From assembly GCA_000091205.1 (NCBI GenBank), contig AP006498.2: DNA of 64,000 bases; one strand, 5' to 3'. A program made the position numbers and the translations under genes. The notes under the pieces are model-generated. The model was not told the origin of the DNA. It ran no database searches and saw only the letters and a program-made list of their open reading frames with translations. Numbering within the stretch: position 1 is the stretch's first letter; every line of letters starts with the position of its first letter. This DNA comes from Cyanidioschyzon merolae (Eukaryota). This document shows, one piece after another, positions 62,019-64,000 of the stretch.

Positions 62019-63029
62019 TCAAGTCTTCCGTTGCGGTTTTCTTCGCGATAGCGGATTCGGGCCCCGCGACTTGTTTCGTTTGAAAGCTTTCGTAATATTC
62101 GTTTTGGCGTCCATCCAGGGCAGCTTTGTTGTCCTCTTTGGACGTGAAACACGCGCCACGTTGGCCGAGTCCGGGAGCGCACGCGAAGCGTCGGGATTCG
62201 TGCCCAACTCGCCAGTACGCACCTGCAGCTCTGAAGCCGCTGCGGGTTCGTTCACCTTTGCAAGTGACAACCTATAACCAGACGCTGCCGGACTGCTGCT
62301 TTGTTGGAGCGCCCGCTGAGCCTCATGCGCAGCCGCTACCTCGGCCGGTGTCGCCGCGTACACTCGTTGATGTTGCTCGCGCGCCTCCTGAAGACAAGCC
62401 GTTGAGGGCGGCTCTATCTGGACGTGCAAGCCACCACTGAAAACAGCCAATTGGAGCAACATCGTACCAGCCGTCGCCTTCAAGCGCGATCGCAGAGTGC
62501 TATCCAGTGCCGCTACCGCAAAACGGCCTCGGGAGCGTGTCAGTCCCGCCTGCTGCGCAGTCTCGGGGCCACGCTCGACGCAGGCTTGAATGCAGTCCGC
62601 TTCAAAGTGTTCCTGACCAGGATCAAGCTCCTTGTGTTTCGGGTGTCCACATGGGAGGAGCTCCAGCTGACGAGCTAGCCAACTGACCCGTCGCCAGTGA
62701 TCGCCCACGCGTTTTTGCTCAGCAGACGAACGCTGGACCTCTGCGCCTCCACCTGTGGAGTGCGGAACCTTACCCGTCTGATTTTCTCTATCAGCAATCT
62801 TAATTTTCCTTGAAATCGCTCGCATCGTGCACGTAGTTACCAAGGTACGTACCTGGTTCTTCCCGAACACCCTTATAAACAGCGACGGAAGCGCTTTGCT
62901 CGAGCGGCGCTGCACCAGCTCCCCCAGGAACGCGCTGTCGAGGATCACCCGAAAAGGCGGGCGGTACCCAAACCGCGTCGCATAAAACTTGACATGCTTT
63001 TCCTGTCTCTTCTGTCGTTGTAAACGCAT
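62019..63029 (-). CDS. UTP23: rRNA-processing protein UTP23 (PIN-domain, Fcf1/Utp23 family) - terminal regions match; the middle is poorly conserved
   Basis: ATG start. MRLQRQKRQEKHVKFYATRFGYRPPFRVILDSAFLGELVQ matches the UTP23 N-terminus (MKLKRQKQAKKNMSFYKHNFGFREPYQVLVDGTF). The C-terminus NKSRGPNPLSRRKPQRKT matches the SGPNPLSCLKKKKK tail. Confidence 0.55.
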   Translation of the reverse strand: MRLQRQKRQEKHVKFYATRFGYRPPFRVILDSAFLGELVQRRSSKALPSLFIRVFGKNQVRTLVTTCTMRAISRKIKIADRENQTGKVPHSTGGGAEVQRSSAEQKRVGDHWRRVSWLARQLELLPCGHPKHKELDPGQEHFEADCIQACVERGPETAQQAGLTRSRGRFAVAALDSTLRSRLKATAGTMLLQLAVFSGGLHVQIEPPSTACLQEAREQHQRVYAATPAEVAAAHEAQRALQQSSSPAASGYRLSLAKVNEPAAASELQVRTGELGTNPDASRALPDSANVARVSRPKRTTKLPWMDAKTNITKAFKRNKSRGPNPLSRRKPQRKT

Positions 63030-63234
63030 TGCATCCTCAACGAGTCGCCGAAGTTAAACTGCTGTGCTGCACACCAAGCCGCCAGCCGGATACGTTGCCA
63101 CCGAGTTGCAGCGCCCGAGATGCGCCCGCTGTGGCGCTCGCACCTTGACCCTCAACCCAGTGGCGGTGCTTCTGGGAGACGGTTCCTATCAGTGAGTTTG
63201 TGCACCGGATAGCGACGTAGCAGAGCGTGCGATC

Positions 63235-64000
63235 ATGTCGGAGCAGACGCCTCTGCTCAGCCAACGTAGCCCAGAAGGCGTTCCGGAGGGTGCAGGTACA
63301 CGCGCGGCCCCTGGTCGAGCCGCCAGTGCCCAGATCACAGGCGGCCTCGACTACGACTTCGAGGAGGACGACCTTGAGGCAGGTTCCGACGACGAAAATC
63401 CCGAGCACGCCCAGCACATGTGGCCGAAGACCGGGCCGAACTCGACTGGATCGAGCTTCGTGGAACGCGCTGCCCAGACTGTAACGGACTTTGTACTGGG
63501 CGAGCGAAGTCGCACACCTATCGCAGGAACGAGTTCGACGCCACCGGAGCACAGCACGCAGCTTACTCGCGACACCGATGAAGACGATCGAAGAGACGAC
63601 GGTGACGCTGGAGCAAAGAAAAAGAAAAAGAAGAGTAAACGAAAAGAGCGCGACGTCGACGATATTGAAGCGTGTCCTTATGATACGATAGAGTCTGCAC
63701 GCAAGCCAGTCAAAGGGGACGACCTCAAGACGCATATGGCCAACGAGCGCACTTTTTTCAAGTGGCTCTTTACTGGCTTTCATATCGGAGCGATGGGAAC
63801 GTTTATTCTGAGCTTTTATTCTGACGATAGCGGTCGACCTGGAACCGGAAAGATCCTGCTCTGTCTAGCGATATGGATGGTTGCACTCGTCTATGTGATG
63901 TACGGATTGATCAACTTTTATCGACGTCGCCGTGCACTGCGCCAAGGTCTAGGCAAAGAGGAATGGGATAGTGGTGCTGGCCCTGCGTACGTAGTGGCTG
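63235..64000 (+). CDS. DUF202 (YidH/VTC-like) membrane protein, 5' partial because it runs off the window end
   Basis: An ATG at 63235 opens a frame with no stop to 64000, and because it is open-ended it is absent from the ORF track. The N-terminus is acidic (DYDFEEDDLEAGSDDENPE) followed by a lysine patch. The DUF202 signature is HMANERTFFKWLFTGFHIGAMGTFIL, followed by a second TM segment ILLCLAIWMVALVYVMYGLINFY. Confidence 0.5.
   Translation, partial: MSEQTPLLSQRSPEGVPEGAGTRAAPGRAASAQITGGLDYDFEEDDLEAGSDDENPEHAQHMWPKTGPNSTGSSFVERAAQTVTDFVLGERSRTPIAGTSSTPPEHSTQLTRDTDEDDRRDDGDAGAKKKKKKSKRKERDVDDIEACPYDTIESARKPVKGDDLKTHMANERTFFKWLFTGFHIGAMGTFILSFYSDDSGRPGTGKILLCLAIWMVALVYVMYGLINFYRRRRALRQGLGKEEWDSGAGPAYVVA

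Noticed and set aside
63037-63783. 248-aa minus-strand ORF
   Set aside because: It is antisense to the DUF202-family gene at 63235-64000, whose frame carries a clear family signature. It is a typical GC-rich antisense ORF.

Overview
This window looks like eukaryotic nuclear DNA. It is GC-rich, and the genes sit on both strands at roughly one per 3-4 kb. They read as long uninterrupted ORFs, so the genome appears intron-poor. Several genes have a plastid or bacterial flavour: a ferredoxin-thioredoxin reductase variable chain, a DUF179 (YqgE/AlgH) protein, a bacterial-type MutS1, and a plant-type amine-oxidase::cyclopropane-fatty-acid-synthase fusion next to a DUF1365 gene. That points to an intron-poor photosynthetic protist or alga, but I cannot name a species. 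I recognise 17 protein-coding genes: DUF179, an LMBR1-like membrane protein, UTP13/TBL3, RPB3, RFC3, the amine-oxidase::CFA-synthase fusion, DUF1365, a Sec6-like exocyst subunit, TVP38/TMEM64, MutS1, coatomer gamma, a Sen1/Upf1-like SF1 helicase, DUF218, the FTR variable chain, UTP23, and a partial DUF202/VTC-like gene. The most interesting content is accessory. One DNA-transposon family is present in three copies: c1 at 3675-7527, c2 at about 28255-31653, and c3 at about 57990-60826. c1 is bounded by roughly 634-bp terminal inverted repeats that contain a 105-bp subterminal repeat unit. Every copy carries a decayed gene whose conceptual translation shows, in the right order, the hallmark motifs of IS200/IS605 TnpB and eukaryotic Fanzor RuvC nucleases: RuvC-I VVGADP, a TS/Zn-ribbon remnant, and RuvC-III RDxNAAINI. 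A short non-coding block at the 3' end of the gene is conserved in all three copies; an omega-RNA-like scaffold role is only a speculation suggested by the TnpB/Fanzor analogy. I propose this as a Fanzor/OMEGA-type RNA-guided nuclease element family, currently pseudogenised. Other repeats are an ~800-bp dispersed repeat family at 43148-43948 and 51742-52495, a solo transposon terminus at 38625-38805, a 105-bp tandem array at 28335-28660, and several CAG/CAC microsatellites. Note that the supplied ORF track accepts GTG and TTG as starts, so I moved several gene starts to the first in-frame ATG.
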